From: a virus
Length of the DNA stretch: 5,621 bases
Direction: 5' to 3' (one strand)
Virus record (IMG/VR): IMGVR_UViG_3300045988_000419
Coordinates: 1 to 5,621 of that record
Part shown: piece by piece, positions 4,866 to 5,621 of the stretch
Layout of the letters: every line of letters starts with the position of its first letter
How positions within the stretch are numbered: the first letter of the stretch is position 1
Notes under the pieces: generated by a model
The model's database searches: none
The model's input: the letters and a program-made list of their open reading frames with translations, nothing else
Told to the model about the DNA's origin: nothing
Translations under genes and position numbers: made by a program

Positions 4866-4894
4866 AAAACCCCATGTTTCTAACATGGAGTTTT
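4866..4894 (-). terminator. Rho-independent (bidirectional-looking) terminator ending the operon
   Basis: The minus-strand RNA reads AAAACUCCAUGUU-AGA-AACAUGGGGUUUU followed by CUAUU. This gives a 13-bp stem (one G-U) with a 3-nt loop and a U-tract. It lies about 60 nt downstream of the VP4 stop. Confidence 0.6.
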
Positions 4895-4904
4895 GTTGTA
4901 AATC

Positions 4905-4952
4905 TGTCAACGGGCCAAGTTGCAGCCTTGTTAGTAACTTGGCCCGTTGACA
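4905..4952 (-). other. 17-bp perfect hairpin starting 2 nt after the VP4 stop (candidate terminator, origin or priming structure)
   Basis: 4905-4921 (tgtcaacgggccaagtt) is the exact reverse complement of 4936-4952, with a 14-nt loop gcagccttgttagt. The mRNA-sense strand carries CAACTTG (4922..4916) at the loop-stem junction. Confidence 0.7.
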
Positions 4953-4953
4953 C

Positions 4954-5621
4954 TTAAATTTTTCCGGATGCTTTCCGGTGCTTCTTGATTCGGTCTTCTT
5001 GTCCCTTTAGATACTCTTCAATACTAACGTTAGTACGTCCATATTTATCCTTACAGGCGTCTATTGCTTTAGCTTGTCGCGCCTCTTTTAAGGCCCAAAC
5101 TCTGCGTATGTCCTTTTCTTCCATCTGCTTTTCAAAATACCGTGGTATTTGTGCTCTCCGGCCCCCCGAGAGTTGCACATAGCCTTGCGTCCAGATTTCT
5201 TCTTCGTGTTCAAGATAGTATTGCTGACCTATACCCGGGTGTAAGCTCATCCTGCAAAATGGTGGTTGTAAGCCGTTGCGGATGTGAGCTTGTGTTTCCT
5301 CGTCCACCTTTTTTGTGACGTATCCTGCCACATAGCTGAAGGTTGTAAAGTCGTTTGTACAGGCTAAATTGTGTATCCCATATGTCCATAGTTTTGTGAT
5401 ACGCTCGTCTGTGTAGTATCCTTCTTTGCTGAGAAGTCGGTACGGCTTGAGTTTCTCCGGAAAATAGTTAAAAAGTATAAGATGATAATGCGGCCTTCCT
5501 GTTTGCTCTCCGTACTCTCCTGCGCAGAAATAGCGTAAGCCCGGCTCTGAGGCCCTTCTAAGGCGTTTTATGAACTTCTGCACATCCTCATACCATAGCG
5601 TTTGATTTGTCTTTAAATCGC
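4954..5621 (-). CDS. VP4: Replication initiation protein VP4, C-terminal part. The same gene as 1..490, and 5481-5621 duplicates 1-141.
   Basis: The ORF-track entry 4954..5583 begins at an internal GTG, which is an artefact of linearisation. It contains HUH motif II (RPHYHLILFN) and motif III YVAGYVTKK (5308-5334), with two Tyr spaced Y-x-x-x-Y as in the phiX174 gene A protein. The stop is TAA at 4954-4956. Confidence 0.93.
   Translation of the reverse strand, partial: DLKTNQTLWYEDVQKFIKRLRRASEPGLRYFCAGEYGEQTGRPHYHLILFNYFPEKLKPYRLLSKEGYYTDERITKLWTYGIHNLACTNDFTTFSYVAGYVTKKVDEETQAHIRNGLQPPFCRMSLHPGIGQQYYLEHEEEIWTQGYVQLSGGRRAQIPRYFEKQMEEKDIRRVWALKEARQAKAIDACKDKYGRTNVSIEEYLKGQEDRIKKHRKASGKI
5481..5621. 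repeat. Terminal redundancy copy 2 (identical to 1-141)
   Basis: Same as copy 1. The unit length is 5,480 nt. Confidence 0.97.

Noticed and set aside
4553-4910. Minus-strand ORFs 4553..4840 (95 aa) and 4626..4910 (94 aa)
   Set aside because: They read through the alternating CG/TG tracts (giving HTHTHARTRNARAHARAY-type low complexity) and through the hairpins and terminator. They lie upstream of the promoter and downstream of the terminator.
741-4950. All plus-strand ORFs in the track (741..938, 1050..1259, 1081..1308, 1274..1561, 1580..2050, 1660..1851, 1818..2057, 2408..2959, 2934..3152, 3145..3636, 3332..3598, 3746..3931, 3910..4137, 3935..4171, 4729..4950, 4985..5182)
   Set aside because: They are antisense shadows of well-supported minus-strand genes or cross structured non-coding DNA. 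Their translations are Cys/Arg/Leu/Phe-rich and not protein-like, they lack SD sites, and Microviridae encode all genes on one strand.

Overview
The window is one complete, linearised circular genome of a Gokushovirinae-like microvirus (Microviridae, ssDNA phage). Bases 1-141 are identical to 5481-5621, so the unit genome is 5,480 nt, and the cut falls inside the replication initiator gene. All credible genes lie on the minus strand of the window, so the plus strand shown is the complement of the packaged, mRNA-sense strand. They appear to form a single operon. It starts at a near-consensus promoter (TTGAAA-17 nt-TATAAT, 4390..4362). It then runs through a 41-aa ORF, an 88-aa ORFan, a small highly basic protein, a 22-aa hydrophobic mini-ORF and an 82-aa VP5-like protein. 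These are followed by VP3 scaffold, VP1 major capsid, VP2 pilot protein and VP4 Rep, which wraps across the junction. The operon ends at a 17-bp hairpin and an intrinsic terminator. Gene junctions are tightly coupled (TAATG, ATGA), and most genes have GGAG(G) Shine-Dalgarno sites about 7 nt upstream, which suggests an SD-dependent, possibly Firmicutes-like host. The unusual part is a roughly 600-nt non-coding block (4348-4953, about 11% of the genome). It contains same-orientation TTCAAC iterons flanking a hairpin, a 10-bp perfect inverted repeat abutting the -35 box, two perfect 28-nt alternating pyrimidine-purine (Z-DNA-prone) tracts, and four strong hairpins. I read this block as the combined control, origin and priming region, but that is inference. 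No tRNA, rRNA, CRISPR array or transposable element was seen.
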